Shown here: piece after piece, positions 27,783-37,045 of the stretch | How positions within the stretch are numbered: the stretch's first letter is position 1 | Layout of the letters: each line of letters begins with the position of its first letter | Assembly: GCA_965213675.1 (NCBI GenBank) | Contig: OZ243916.1 | Coordinates: forward strand, 192,001 to 256,000 | Source of the DNA: an uncultured Candidatus Binatia bacterium | GTDB taxonomy: Bacteria; Desulfobacterota; Binatia; UBA9968; JAJDTQ01 | DNA: 64,000 nt | Direction: 5' to 3' | Translations under genes and position numbers: made by a program | Notes under the pieces: model-generated | The model's input: the letters and a program-made list of their open reading frames with translations, nothing else | Told to the model about the DNA's origin: nothing | Databases searched by the model: none

Positions 27783-28017
27783 GGAAGGTCTGAACAACGG
27801 CGGTATTGGCCGGCAAGCGGGCGGACCGGTCCTCGCCTCAGGACCTCAAGCGTAGCGCCCTGCGATGAGCAGGTTGGTGAACCCGAGCAGTACGGCGATG
27901 CGCTGGGTGTTCTTCCACAGCCCGCGGTAGCGCACCTTGGCATAGCCGAAGTGGCGCTTCACGTACAGAAACGGATGCTCCGCTTACCGGCCAATACCGC
28001 CGTTGTTCAGGCCTTCC
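27783..28017 (-). mobile_element. IS5-derived 235-bp mini-element with two inverted copies of the same end
   Basis: 38-bp inverted repeats GGAAGG(T/C)CTGAACAACGGCGGTATTGGCCGG(C/T)AAGCGG, CTAG on both sides; encloses transposase C-terminus EHPFLYVKRHFGYAKVRYRGLWKNT... Confidence 0.88.
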
Positions 28018-28671
28018 CTAGTGCGCCGCCTGGGCCATGGCCATGGTGATGGTCGTCTCGATGTCGGCGATGACGGTGCCGACATCGCGGCCGATGAGGT
28101 CCATCTTGCGGAGTTGCTCGATGCGCGGGCGCACGCGCTCCATCTCCCGCTCCGAGAAGATGTCGGTGAGGATGTCGCAGGCGTCGACGAGACAGACCAA
28201 TGCGATGTCCCGAGGGTCGGGCATGTCATCGGAGAGCAGCACGTCCTCCATGCGCAGCTTGACGCCGCGTTCCACGCGTCCGTCGATGGTGGGATAGCGG
28301 CGCGACTGGAACACCCACAGGAAGCGTTCGTCCTGCACCTCGATGATGCCGCGTTCGACGAGTTTGTCCACCACCTGCCGGCGGATGCCGGCGGCCTGTT
28401 CGCGCGCCAGCGCTTCCACCCATCCCTTGGTGTCCAGGTTCGCGTCGGAACTGGCAAGGCGTTCCAGTGTGCGGTCGATCAGTGGGTTGCCGGTGGGCGT
28501 GGCATCGATGACCACGAGGCTTTCGAGGTCCGTGTCCACGCGGTTGGCAAAGGCGAGATCCATCAACACCGCGCCGATCAGGATGTGTTCCACGGCGCCG
28601 CCGCGGATGGGCAGAAACCGGCCATCATCGTCCAGCATCAACAGCGTGATTTCTTCCGTGAATGTGAGCAT
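28018..28671 (-). CDS. GPP34 (GOLPH3/Vps74)-family protein
   Basis: LTFTEEITLLMLDD, GAVLMDLAFANRVD, LVERGII, FLWVFQSRRYP, PDPRDIALVCL. Confidence 0.85.
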   Translation of the reverse strand: MLTFTEEITLLMLDDDGRFLPIRGGAVEHILIGAVLMDLAFANRVDTDLESLVVIDATPTGNPLIDRTLERLASSDANLDTKGWVEALAREQAAGIRRQVVDKLVERGIIEVQDERFLWVFQSRRYPTIDGRVERGVKLRMEDVLLSDDMPDPRDIALVCLVDACDILTDIFSEREMERVRPRIEQLRKMDLIGRDVGTVIADIETTITMAMAQAAH

Positions 28672-28684
28672 GGCCTGTCCAGAT

Positions 28685-29017
28685 CTACGCGCCCGTGAGG
28701 GCGGCGTCACGGGTCTCGTGGTATTCGAGCATGTTGAGGAAGCCGCTGACCTCCATCACGGATTTGCACGAAGGCTGGAGTGCGCACACCGCCAGCTTTC
28801 CCCCTTGCTGCTGGCACTTCTTCGCGCTCACGAGAACCACGCGCAGTCCGGCGCTACTGATGTAGTCCATGTTGGTGCAGTCCAGCAGCAGGCGGGACTG
28901 GCCGCCCTCGATGATTTCCGAGATGCGTTTCTCCAACTCGGGACTGGAAAACCCATCCACACGCCCGCTCGGCGCCACGACCACCGTGGAGCCACTGGTT
29001 TCCTCGTGAATGTCCAT
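28685..29017 (-). CDS. STAS-domain anti-sigma-factor antagonist
   Basis: GRVDG, LDCTNMDYISSAGLRVVL, VMEVSGF. Confidence 0.92.
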   Translation of the reverse strand: MDIHEETSGSTVVVAPSGRVDGFSSPELEKRISEIIEGGQSRLLLDCTNMDYISSAGLRVVLVSAKKCQQQGGKLAVCALQPSCKSVMEVSGFLNMLEYHETRDAALTGA

Positions 29018-29185
29018 TCGACACCTGTTTCCGGGTTGGACGACGCTGTTTCACGCGGGTGGCGTGATTGTCGTCAGTAACAGACAGGCCCACATCAACG
29101 GATCCCCATGGATCCCCATCCGAATCCGGCCAAACGATAACACAGGGCCGTACCCTGGGCAACAAGTGTGCGCCTGCCGTCCGCG

Positions 29186-30757
29186 CTACTTCTTGCCCGG
29201 CTCGAAGCCCCCTTGCTCGTGGTAGACGACCTTCCTGTCTTCTTCGAAGGCGCGCACCGTGGGAATGGTTCCGCGCAGCCCCAGTTCCTTCCAGCGGTTC
29301 GCCACCTGATCGTACATCTCCCGGCGCAGGGTGGTGCGCTTGGAGAAGACCGGCAGGTAGCGGTGTTCCTTGCACGCGTTGATGAGCGCCTTGGAGCCGT
29401 AGGGGCGCTCCTCCGGCGGGTTCTGGGTGGGGTCCAGCCACGTGCTCCAGGTGTTGCGCAGCACGTCGATGTCCTCGATGGGATTGGAACGGCTGCTCAT
29501 GGCCCAGATCACCTGGTCCATGTCCGTGGGATCGATGTCCTCGTCCACGGCGATGATCCACTTGGTGTAGTACGCGCCGCCGGGCACCTGCGCCGCCAGC
29601 GCCAGGCACTGGGCCGCGTGGCCGGCGTAGCGCTGTTCCAGGCTGATCACCGTCATGCCGAAGCCGCCGGCGCCGGCCGGATGGGCGTAGACGCCCTGGA
29701 CGCCCGGGATGCCCAGCTTGTCGAGATCGTCCCAGATGCGCGCCGAGCGAATGACGGCGAAAAAGCCGCTCTGTTCGCAGGACGGGTAGTCCGCCATGAT
29801 GGCGTTGGTGAGCACAGGGTGGGTGCGATGGTGCACGCGGGTCACCTCCACCAGCGGGCAGCCCGCCTCCGGCCTGCCGTAGTAGCCGGGAAACTCGCCG
29901 AAGGGCCCCTCGGTCTTCACCGAGTTGGGCCGGATCACGCCCTCGATCACCAGCTCGGCATTGGCCGGCAGCAAGAGGTCGCTGGTCTCCGCCCGCACCA
30001 CCGGGATGGCCTCGCCCTTGATGCCGCCGGCGAATTCGTACTCGGACACGTTCTTGGGAAAGGTCTGGGAACCCACCAGCATGAACAGCGGGTCGATGCC
30101 CCAGGCCGCGGCCACGGGCACGGCCTCGCCCTTTTCCCAGGAGCGGGTGATGTGCAGCCGGGCGTCCTTGCCCGGCGACAGGTAGAGCCCGGCCTCCCGC
30201 TTGCCCTGGAGCATCATCCGGTAGGTGCCGATGTTGAGATAGCCGGAGTCGGGGTCTCGGGTGAACACCGCGTCCGCGGTGCCCGCGTAGCGTCCGCCGT
30301 CCAGCGGCCAGTGGCGCGGGATGGGAAGCTGTTCCAGGTCGATGTCGTCGCCCGCCAGGGTGTTCTCGAACACCGGCGCCTGGGCGGCCGCGACCTCGCG
30401 CGGCGGAATCCGGTCCTTCATCTTCTCCTTGAGCCGGCGGATCAACTCCAGCGTGGGCGTCTCCGGCGGCTCCTCGACGGTGAGGGCGATGCGCTTGGAA
30501 CTCGGCCCCAGGATGTTCCACAGCATGCGCGCGCCGATGGGGCTGTCTTCGAACCCCTTGGGGTTTTCGAACAGGATGGCGGGCGAAGGCTTCTGCTTGG
30601 CCACCAGGTACGTGATGGCGCTCATTTCCTCGTCCCGGTCCACCGGCTTGTCGATCTGGATCAACTCGTTGATCCCTTCCGCGCGGTCGAGCCATTCACG
30701 GATGTCCTGAATCGGACGGCCGGTCCCTCCGGACTCGCCCTTGTTCGCTTCGGCCAT
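29186..30757 (-). CDS. UbiD-family prFMN-dependent (de)carboxylase
   Basis: PAILFEN, DGGRY, NIGTYR, AELVIEG, EGPFGEFPGYYG, IIAVDEDIDP. Confidence 0.93.
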   Translation of the reverse strand: MAEANKGESGGTGRPIQDIREWLDRAEGINELIQIDKPVDRDEEMSAITYLVAKQKPSPAILFENPKGFEDSPIGARMLWNILGPSSKRIALTVEEPPETPTLELIRRLKEKMKDRIPPREVAAAQAPVFENTLAGDDIDLEQLPIPRHWPLDGGRYAGTADAVFTRDPDSGYLNIGTYRMMLQGKREAGLYLSPGKDARLHITRSWEKGEAVPVAAAWGIDPLFMLVGSQTFPKNVSEYEFAGGIKGEAIPVVRAETSDLLLPANAELVIEGVIRPNSVKTEGPFGEFPGYYGRPEAGCPLVEVTRVHHRTHPVLTNAIMADYPSCEQSGFFAVIRSARIWDDLDKLGIPGVQGVYAHPAGAGGFGMTVISLEQRYAGHAAQCLALAAQVPGGAYYTKWIIAVDEDIDPTDMDQVIWAMSSRSNPIEDIDVLRNTWSTWLDPTQNPPEERPYGSKALINACKEHRYLPVFSKRTTLRREMYDQVANRWKELGLRGTIPTVRAFEEDRKVVYHEQGGFEPGKK

Positions 30758-30863
30758 GTGTCACCTTCCTTGTCGTGTGCTGCCCGTCGTGGTTGTCAAC
30801 CCGTTCGCTTGTGTTGTTCCAGGTTTCCTGCGCGCCTTCTCCGACGGTCTTCCGAAACCGGCG

Positions 30864-31628
30864 CTACTCCTTCATGTCGTCCGGCAGCAGCCCGGCGAAA
30901 TAGGCGAACGCGTGATGCGCGCGCCCGCGGTTGGTGGCGCCCATGATGGCCGTGTTCCGGCCCGGCATGGAGGGCGCTTCGCCGATGCTGCTGGCCACCC
31001 ACTGCATGTACGCGGTGCGCTCCAGGTAGACGGCGTGGCTGGTGGCTTCCTCGACGCAGTCGCCCACGGTGGTCATGCCGTGGCCCTGCATGAGCACGGC
31101 CATGCGGTCGCCCAGGGCAGCCACCAGCTCGGCGCCGTCCTGGAGCGTGTAGATGAGCCGGGGGCTGTGGAAGATGGGGGTTTCCGGGGCGAATGCCGAG
31201 GCCTGGTTGTAGATGGGGCGGATGGGCACCCCGGCGATGGCGAAGGCCGTGGCCAGGGGCTGGTGCGTGTGCACCACGGAGTGGACGTCCGGGCGCGCCT
31301 TCAGGATGGCCGCGTGAATCATGGTCTCCCGCGGCGGGATCTTGATATCGATGACCGCCTTCTGGTTGCCGGCCCGGGCCCAGTTGGCCTCGCAGTTCTC
31401 CATGTAGTCGTCGATGTCCACTTCCATGATGTCCTTGGCGCGGATCGAGCCCAGGGGCGCCAGCACTGGCTTGATGAGCAACCGGTTGGTGCCGGGAATG
31501 CGCGCGCTCACGTGACCGTGGTAGTCGGCCAGGCCCTGGTGGAAGAGGATGCGGGTGGCCAACGCCACCGTCCCCTTGAGTTCCCCCATCTCTCTCTCGC
31601 TCGTTTCGCTCGCTTGCTTCTCTGCCAT
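30864..31628 (-). CDS. Class II aldolase/adducin-family protein
   Basis: GHVSAR, PPRETMIHAAILKARPDVHSVVHTH, LMQGHG. Confidence 0.9.
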   Translation of the reverse strand: MAEKQASETSEREMGELKGTVALATRILFHQGLADYHGHVSARIPGTNRLLIKPVLAPLGSIRAKDIMEVDIDDYMENCEANWARAGNQKAVIDIKIPPRETMIHAAILKARPDVHSVVHTHQPLATAFAIAGVPIRPIYNQASAFAPETPIFHSPRLIYTLQDGAELVAALGDRMAVLMQGHGMTTVGDCVEEATSHAVYLERTAYMQWVASSIGEAPSMPGRNTAIMGATNRGRAHHAFAYFAGLLPDDMKE

Positions 31629-31881
31629 GGACATGTCTCCTCGAAACGTCGAAATGCCCCCGCCGCGGGATTCGTCGATCACACGCATGAAGGGCAAGCG
31701 GGAACGCTGTTTCAGCGGGAATGGAAATGGGCGGAAGGCCCGTCAGGATTGCCGGTTTCTTATCACAAGGCAGTGCGTGAATCCAACCGTCGCGCCCCGG
31801 CCTGTACCATACGAATCGGCTTTGTGTTACAAATTCCGTCACCCTGCCAGGGTCCCGCGCCGTAGCCGTGTCCCGCCAATG

Positions 31882-31923
31882 CCTGCGTGGAGTTTTCCGC
31901 GTGGAGTTTCCTGCGTGGAGTTG
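31882..31923 (+). repeat. 3x14-bp tandem repeat in the ileS leader
   Basis: cctgcgtggagttt / tccgcgtggagttt / cctgcgtggagttg. Confidence 0.8.
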
Positions 31924-32050
31924 CGCAGAAGCCTTCGTTGCCGGCAACGATGTCGGATGCCGGCAAGGCGCGATGACGTGCAGGGGCCACCCGTGGTCTG
32001 CGGGTATCACGCCTGTTCCGGAATCTGCTTGCCGGCAAGGGACGACGTTC

Positions 32051-34951
32051 ATGGACTACAAAGAGACCCTCAACCTCCCCAGGACCGCGTTTCCCATGCG
32101 CGGCAATCTGCCCCAGAAAGAGCCCGCGCGGGTGGAACAGTGGGAGCGTGAAGGCATCCACGAGCGGATGGTGGAGGCCAATCGCGGCGGTCCCGGGTTC
32201 ATTCTTCACGACGGTCCGCCCTATGCCAACGAGCGCATTCACATCGGCCACGCCCTCAACAAGGTCCTGAAGGACATCATCGTCAAGTACAAGAGCATGC
32301 GCGGCTTCTGCGCGCCCTACATCCCCGGATGGGACTGCCACGGGCTTCCCATCGAGCTGCAGGTGGAGAAGCGCCTGGGGCGCGCGAAGAAGAACGCCCT
32401 CAGCAAGGTGGAGGTGCGCCGGTTGTGCCGGGAACACGCGGAGAAGTTCATCGGCGTGCAGCGCGAGGAGTTCAAGCGCCTGGGCGTGCTGGGCCGCTGG
32501 GCCGAGCCCTACCGCACCATCGACTACGCCTACGAGGCCACCGAGGTACGCGAGCTGGGCAAATTCATGGCCAGCGGCGCCATGTACCGGAGCAAGAAGC
32601 CGGTCTATTGGTGCGCGTCCTGCACCACGGCCCTGGCCGAAGCCGAGGTCGAGTACCATGACCAGGTGACACCGTCGGTGTACGTGAAGTTTCCGGTCAA
32701 GGACACCCGCGGCAGGCTTCCGGATGAGGACGCTTGCGCCTTCGTGATCTGGACTACCACGCCCTGGACGCTGCCGGCCAACCAGGCCATTGCCCTGCAC
32801 CCTGAGATGCGCTACCGGCGCGTGCGCACGCCCGCGGGCGTGCTGGTGGTGGCAGAGGAGTTGTTGCCCGCGCTGATGGAGGTCTTCGGCTACGGGGCCG
32901 GCGAGTTCGAGGCTCTGGAGGGTTCGTGGTCCGGGGTCGAGCTGGAGGGCATCGTCTGCGCGCACGCGTGGCTGGAGCGGGACGTCGCGGTCATCCTGGG
33001 CGACTTCGTCACCGCGGATCAGGGCACCGGCTGCGTCCACGTGGCGCCGGGACACGGACACGAGGACTTCGAGGCGGGTCAGCGCTACGGCCTCGACGCC
33101 TACGCCCCGGTGGACGGCCATGGCCGCTTCACCGCGGACGCGGCGGAGTTCGCCGGCCAGATGGTCTTCGACGCCAACCCCGCCATCATCGCCCGGCTGG
33201 GCGAGGCCGGGAAGCTGCTCAAGGCCCAGGACTTCAGTCACAGCTACCCTCATTGCTGGCGCTGCAAGCAGCCGGTGCTGTTCCGCGCCACCGAGCAGTG
33301 GTTCATTTCCATGGCGCACACGGGCCTGCGGCAGGGCTCCCTGGACGCCATTGGGCAGGTGCGGTGGATTCCGCCTTGGGGGCAGGACCGCATCACGGGC
33401 ATGATGGCCAACCGCCCCGACTGGTGCATCTCGCGCCAGCGTTCCTGGGGCGTCCCCATTCCCGTGCTCTACTGCGCGGAGTGCGGCGAGATGCACCTGA
33501 GCGAGGCGCTGTGCGAGCACGTGGCGCGGTTGTTTGAGGAAGAAGGGTCCGACGCGTGGTTCGCGCGTCCTCCGGAAGAGCTGACCCCGCCGGGCTTCGT
33601 CTGCCAGGCGTGCAGCGCCACGCGCTTCTCCAAGGAGGAAGACATCCTGGACGTGTGGTTCGACTCCGGCGTGAGCCATGCCGCGGTGGTGGAGCGCCAT
33701 CCCGAGCTGGGCGGCCGGGCGGACCTCTACCTGGAGGGCAGCGACCAGCACCGCGGCTGGTTCCACACCTCGCTGCTGACGTCGGTGGCGAACCGCGGCC
33801 GGGCGCCCTACGAGGGCGTGCTCACCCACGGGTTCGTGCTCGACGGCAAGGGCCACAAGATGTCCAAGTCCATGGGCAACGTCACCGCGCCGCAGGAGAT
33901 CATCAAGAAATTCGGCGCCGACATCATCCGGCTGTGGGTGGCGGCCGAGGACTACCGGGACGACGTTCGCATCTCGGACGAGATTCTGAAGCGTCTCGTC
34001 GAGGCGTACCGGCGCTTGCGCAACACCGCCCGGTTCCTCATCGGCAACCTTCACGATTTCGATGCCGCCCGCGACAGCGTGAGCGCCAGCGCCCTGGAGC
34101 CCCTGGACCGCTGGATTCTCGACCGCAATCAGCGCTTGCTCGGGCGCTGCCTGGATGCCTTCGAGCGCTACGAGTTCCATCTCCTCTACCACGCGCTCAA
34201 CAACTACTGCAGCGTGGACCTGAGCGCGCTCTATCTGGATATGGTCAAGGACCGGCTCTACTGCGAGGGTCGCGGCTCCACCGCCCGCCGCTCGGCCCAG
34301 ACCGCGCTCCACGGCATTCTTCAGACCTTGGTGCACCTGATGGCGCCGGTGTTGTCGTTCACCGCCGAGGAGATCTGGGAGCATGCGCCGCGCACGGCGG
34401 CGAGCCCCGAGAGCGTGCTGCTTTCGCCCATGCCGGAACCCGACGCGGGGTTGCTGGACTCCGCGCTGGCCGCGGAGTGGGACCTGCGGCTGGAACTGCG
34501 CGGCGAGGTGCTGAAGGCGCTGGAGACGGCGCGTCAGTGCGGCGTCATCGGCCATTCCCTGGACGCGCAAGTGGCCCTCTACCCGGACGCCTACGAGAAG
34601 GCGCCGGGCATTCAGGAGTTGCTCCGCGGCAGTGCGCCGATGCCGTGGGAGGACGTCTTCATCGTTTCGCAGGTGTCTCTGCCGCCGGGCGGGGCGCCCG
34701 CGGGCCTGGTCTACCCGGATCCCAAGGCCGAGCCCGCAGGCAACGGTGACGCGGCCGCGAGTGGGGGCACGGGCTTCGAGAGTACGCTGTTGGGCGGCGT
34801 CATCGCCGTGTACCCGGCGGACGGGACCAAGTGCGAACGCTGCTGGAAATATCACGCGGGCGTGGGCACGGACGCGGCCCATCCGGGAGTGTGTCCGCGC
34901 TGCGCGGAGGTGTTGCGATCTTTACCGCGGGCCGAAAACGCGCACGTGTAA
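32051..34951 (+). CDS. ileS: Isoleucine--tRNA ligase (type 1)
   Basis: MDYKETLNLP, HDGPPYAN..HIGH, GWDCHGLPIE, WTTTPWT, GSDQHRGWF, KMSKS, C-terminal CERC..CPRC. Confidence 0.98.
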   Translation: MDYKETLNLPRTAFPMRGNLPQKEPARVEQWEREGIHERMVEANRGGPGFILHDGPPYANERIHIGHALNKVLKDIIVKYKSMRGFCAPYIPGWDCHGLPIELQVEKRLGRAKKNALSKVEVRRLCREHAEKFIGVQREEFKRLGVLGRWAEPYRTIDYAYEATEVRELGKFMASGAMYRSKKPVYWCASCTTALAEAEVEYHDQVTPSVYVKFPVKDTRGRLPDEDACAFVIWTTTPWTLPANQAIALHPEMRYRRVRTPAGVLVVAEELLPALMEVFGYGAGEFEALEGSWSGVELEGIVCAHAWLERDVAVILGDFVTADQGTGCVHVAPGHGHEDFEAGQRYGLDAYAPVDGHGRFTADAAEFAGQMVFDANPAIIARLGEAGKLLKAQDFSHSYPHCWRCKQPVLFRATEQWFISMAHTGLRQGSLDAIGQVRWIPPWGQDRITGMMANRPDWCISRQRSWGVPIPVLYCAECGEMHLSEALCEHVARLFEEEGSDAWFARPPEELTPPGFVCQACSATRFSKEEDILDVWFDSGVSHAAVVERHPELGGRADLYLEGSDQHRGWFHTSLLTSVANRGRAPYEGVLTHGFVLDGKGHKMSKSMGNVTAPQEIIKKFGADIIRLWVAAEDYRDDVRISDEILKRLVEAYRRLRNTARFLIGNLHDFDAARDSVSASALEPLDRWILDRNQRLLGRCLDAFERYEFHLLYHALNNYCSVDLSALYLDMVKDRLYCEGRGSTARRSAQTALHGILQTLVHLMAPVLSFTAEEIWEHAPRTAASPESVLLSPMPEPDAGLLDSALAAEWDLRLELRGEVLKALETARQCGVIGHSLDAQVALYPDAYEKAPGIQELLRGSAPMPWEDVFIVSQVSLPPGGAPAGLVYPDPKAEPAGNGDAAASGGTGFESTLLGGVIAVYPADGTKCERCWKYHAGVGTDAAHPGVCPRCAEVLRSLPRAENAHV

Positions 34952-35433
34952 TCCTGCTGCTGGCCGCCATCCTGGTGCTCGATCAGGGCGCCAAGCTGAT
35001 CGTGGACCGCACGATTCCGCTGCACCGCTCCATTCCGGTCATCGAGGGCTTGTTCGACCTCACCCATGCCCGCAACACCGGGGCCGCGTTCGGGTTGCTG
35101 GCGGGTGAGCGCCGGGCCTTGGCCTCCTTCATCCTGATCGCGTTCTCGCTGGCGGCCGTGGGCTTCATCATCCACCTGCTGCGCCGGCTCGCGGAAACGG
35201 ACACCGGACTTATCCTTTCGCTGACGTTCATTCTGGCGGGCGCGCTGGGCAACCTCATCGATCGCGTCGTTCACGGCGAGGTGATCGATTTTCTGGACGT
35301 GTACTGGAAGGGCTACCATTGGCCCGCGTTCAACGTGGCGGACAGCTTCATCACGGTGGGCGCGGCGCTGTGCCTGTGGTGCCTCATGCGGATCAAGGGC
35401 CGGGACCCGTTCGCGCCGCCCAGCGGCCGCTGA
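34891..35433 (+). CDS. lspA: Lipoprotein signal peptidase II (start uncertain, overlaps the ileS end)
   Basis: LDQGAK, NTGAAFG, GALGNLIDR, VIDF, WPAFNVADS; classic ileS-lspA synteny. Confidence 0.93.
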   Translation: MSALRGGVAIFTAGRKRARVILLLAAILVLDQGAKLIVDRTIPLHRSIPVIEGLFDLTHARNTGAAFGLLAGERRALASFILIAFSLAAVGFIIHLLRRLAETDTGLILSLTFILAGALGNLIDRVVHGEVIDFLDVYWKGYHWPAFNVADSFITVGAALCLWCLMRIKGRDPFAPPSGR

Positions 35434-35652
35434 CACGGAGACGGCCGCCTGGCCGGGCGAGGGTTGCACGAGTTCCCGAAGAGGCGGAAAGTTGCCCTTC
35501 GACCCGGGAGCCTGTCGAAAGAGGATGACAGCGGATTCGTAGTTGTGAATCCCTGCGGCGCAAGCTCCTGGAGCGAAGCGGAGTCGAAGGGCGCAGTGCA
35601 GGACGGCGTCTGGGAAGTCCGTGGGGACCGTGGGGAATACGCGGGTTGGTTC

Positions 35653-36414
35653 ATGGAAGAGCGCGTCACGTTCACGAATGGCAGGGGAGAGCGGCTGGCG
35701 GGCGTACTCCATCTGCCGCCCGGGGCGTCGGCGGTCGGGGTGATCCTGTGCCACGGCATGGAGTCGAGCAAGGAGAGCCTCAAGCTGACGCACCTCGGCG
35801 CGACTCTGAGCCGCGCGGGCTTCACTGTGCTGCGCTTCGATTTCACCGGCTCCGGGGAGTCCACCGGGGAGTTCGCCGCCATCACCTGCACCCGGCATGT
35901 GGACGATCTCGCCGCCGCCCATGGCTTGTTGCAGGACCTTGGCGCGGGGCGGGTCGCCATCGTCGGCTCCAGCATGGGCGGCACCACCGCGCTGATGTAC
36001 GCCGGGGCCGCGGAAGGCGTGGCGGCGCTCGTGACTCTGGCCGCGCCGTACGATCCACGGGAACTCATCGAGCGGGACTTCCCGCCCCGGGCCATGTCGC
36101 GCTGGCGCGCCCAGGGATTCATCGAGTTCGACGGCCGCCGGCTCCATGCGAGCTTTCTGGAAGAGGCGCTGACCATCGACGTGGCCGCCGCCGTGGCGCG
36201 AATCCGCTGCCCCACCCTGGTGATCCACGGCGATGCCGATGCCACCGTGCCGGTGGCGCAGGGACAGGCGCTCCATGGCGCGCTGCGCATGGACAAGGAG
36301 CTTTGCATCCTTCCCGGCGCCGACCACCGGTTCACCGATCCCCAAGGGCGCGGTGAAGCCCTGCGCCGGACCGAGGCGTGGATCATGCGCCACTTGGGGA
36401 GCCCCACGACGTGA
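35653..36414 (+). CDS. Alpha/beta hydrolase
   Basis: LCHG, LRFDFTGSGES, GSSMGG nucleophile, IHGDADATVP, GADH. Confidence 0.9.
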   Translation: MEERVTFTNGRGERLAGVLHLPPGASAVGVILCHGMESSKESLKLTHLGATLSRAGFTVLRFDFTGSGESTGEFAAITCTRHVDDLAAAHGLLQDLGAGRVAIVGSSMGGTTALMYAGAAEGVAALVTLAAPYDPRELIERDFPPRAMSRWRAQGFIEFDGRRLHASFLEEALTIDVAAAVARIRCPTLVIHGDADATVPVAQGQALHGALRMDKELCILPGADHRFTDPQGRGEALRRTEAWIMRHLGSPTT

Positions 36415-36809
36415 CCCGGCGCAGCGTTTTGTGCGCGGCGCCGTTGCTGGCGCTCGCGGGTTGCCAGGGGGAGGGCGACAAGACGCCGCAGGGCGCCGCC
36501 GAGGCGTTCATGGACCGGCACTATGTCGAAATCGATCTCGCCAGGGCCAGGGAATTTACGGTCGGTCTCGCCCGGAGCAAGGTCGACGAAGCGCTCAGGC
36601 TCACGTCGGGACAGGCCGTCGACGCGGGCACGCGCAAGCCGCGGGTCTACTACAAGCTGCTAGAACGGCGGGAGTCCGGCGGACGCACGGCTTTCGTCTA
36701 CGAGTTGCGCATCCGGCCCGAGGGAGCCGGCGAATTCACCCGCCGGCTCATGATACGTGTGCGCCGGGAAGAAGCGGGTTGGCGCGTGTCGAACTACATG
36801 GAATACTGA
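36411..36809 (+). CDS. Hypothetical lipoprotein
   Basis: GTGA overlap with the upstream stop; TRRSVL...LALAGC lipobox. Confidence 0.7.
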   Translation: MTRRSVLCAAPLLALAGCQGEGDKTPQGAAEAFMDRHYVEIDLARAREFTVGLARSKVDEALRLTSGQAVDAGTRKPRVYYKLLERRESGGRTAFVYELRIRPEGAGEFTRRLMIRVRREEAGWRVSNYMEY

Positions 36810-36929
36810 CCGTTATCGCCGCCCTCGGTCATCTCCGTGAATGCGTGCCCGCGACCCTCTTCAGGGGCGGGAATCCGGCAGCGGGAGGGGCTGATGGGAC
36901 ATGCGATGACGCTTCGGGAACCGCAGGTT

Positions 36930-36977
36930 TGCAACACCCTGAGTGTGCAACACCCTGAGTGTGCAACACCCTGAATG
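36930..36977 (+). repeat. 3x16-bp tandem repeat upstream of the CoA-transferases
   Basis: tgcaacaccctgagtg x2 + tgcaacaccctgaatg. Confidence 0.9.
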
Positions 36978-37045
36978 ACCGAACCGAGTCGTTGACTTCG
37001 TGTCCATGACGTGGATGCGAAACGAACCGGAACCGTGGTTGAACG

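Noticed and set aside
31800-32050. T-box leader for ileS
   Set aside because: No T-box AAGGTGGxACC motif or terminator seen
34680-34780. Low-complexity insertion near the IleRS C-terminus (possible intein or extra domain)
   Set aside because: Short Pro/Gly/Ala linker without intein motifs
36826-36915. Cobalamin riboswitch suggested by GGGAATCCGG
   Set aside because: Lacks the B12-box elements; resembles a degenerate GTCAT..CCCGCG..GCGGGAATCC REP-type repeat
36930-36977. Possible mini-CRISPR array (also 18768 and 31882)
   Set aside because: Units are contiguous, 14-16 bp, with no spacers and no cas genes
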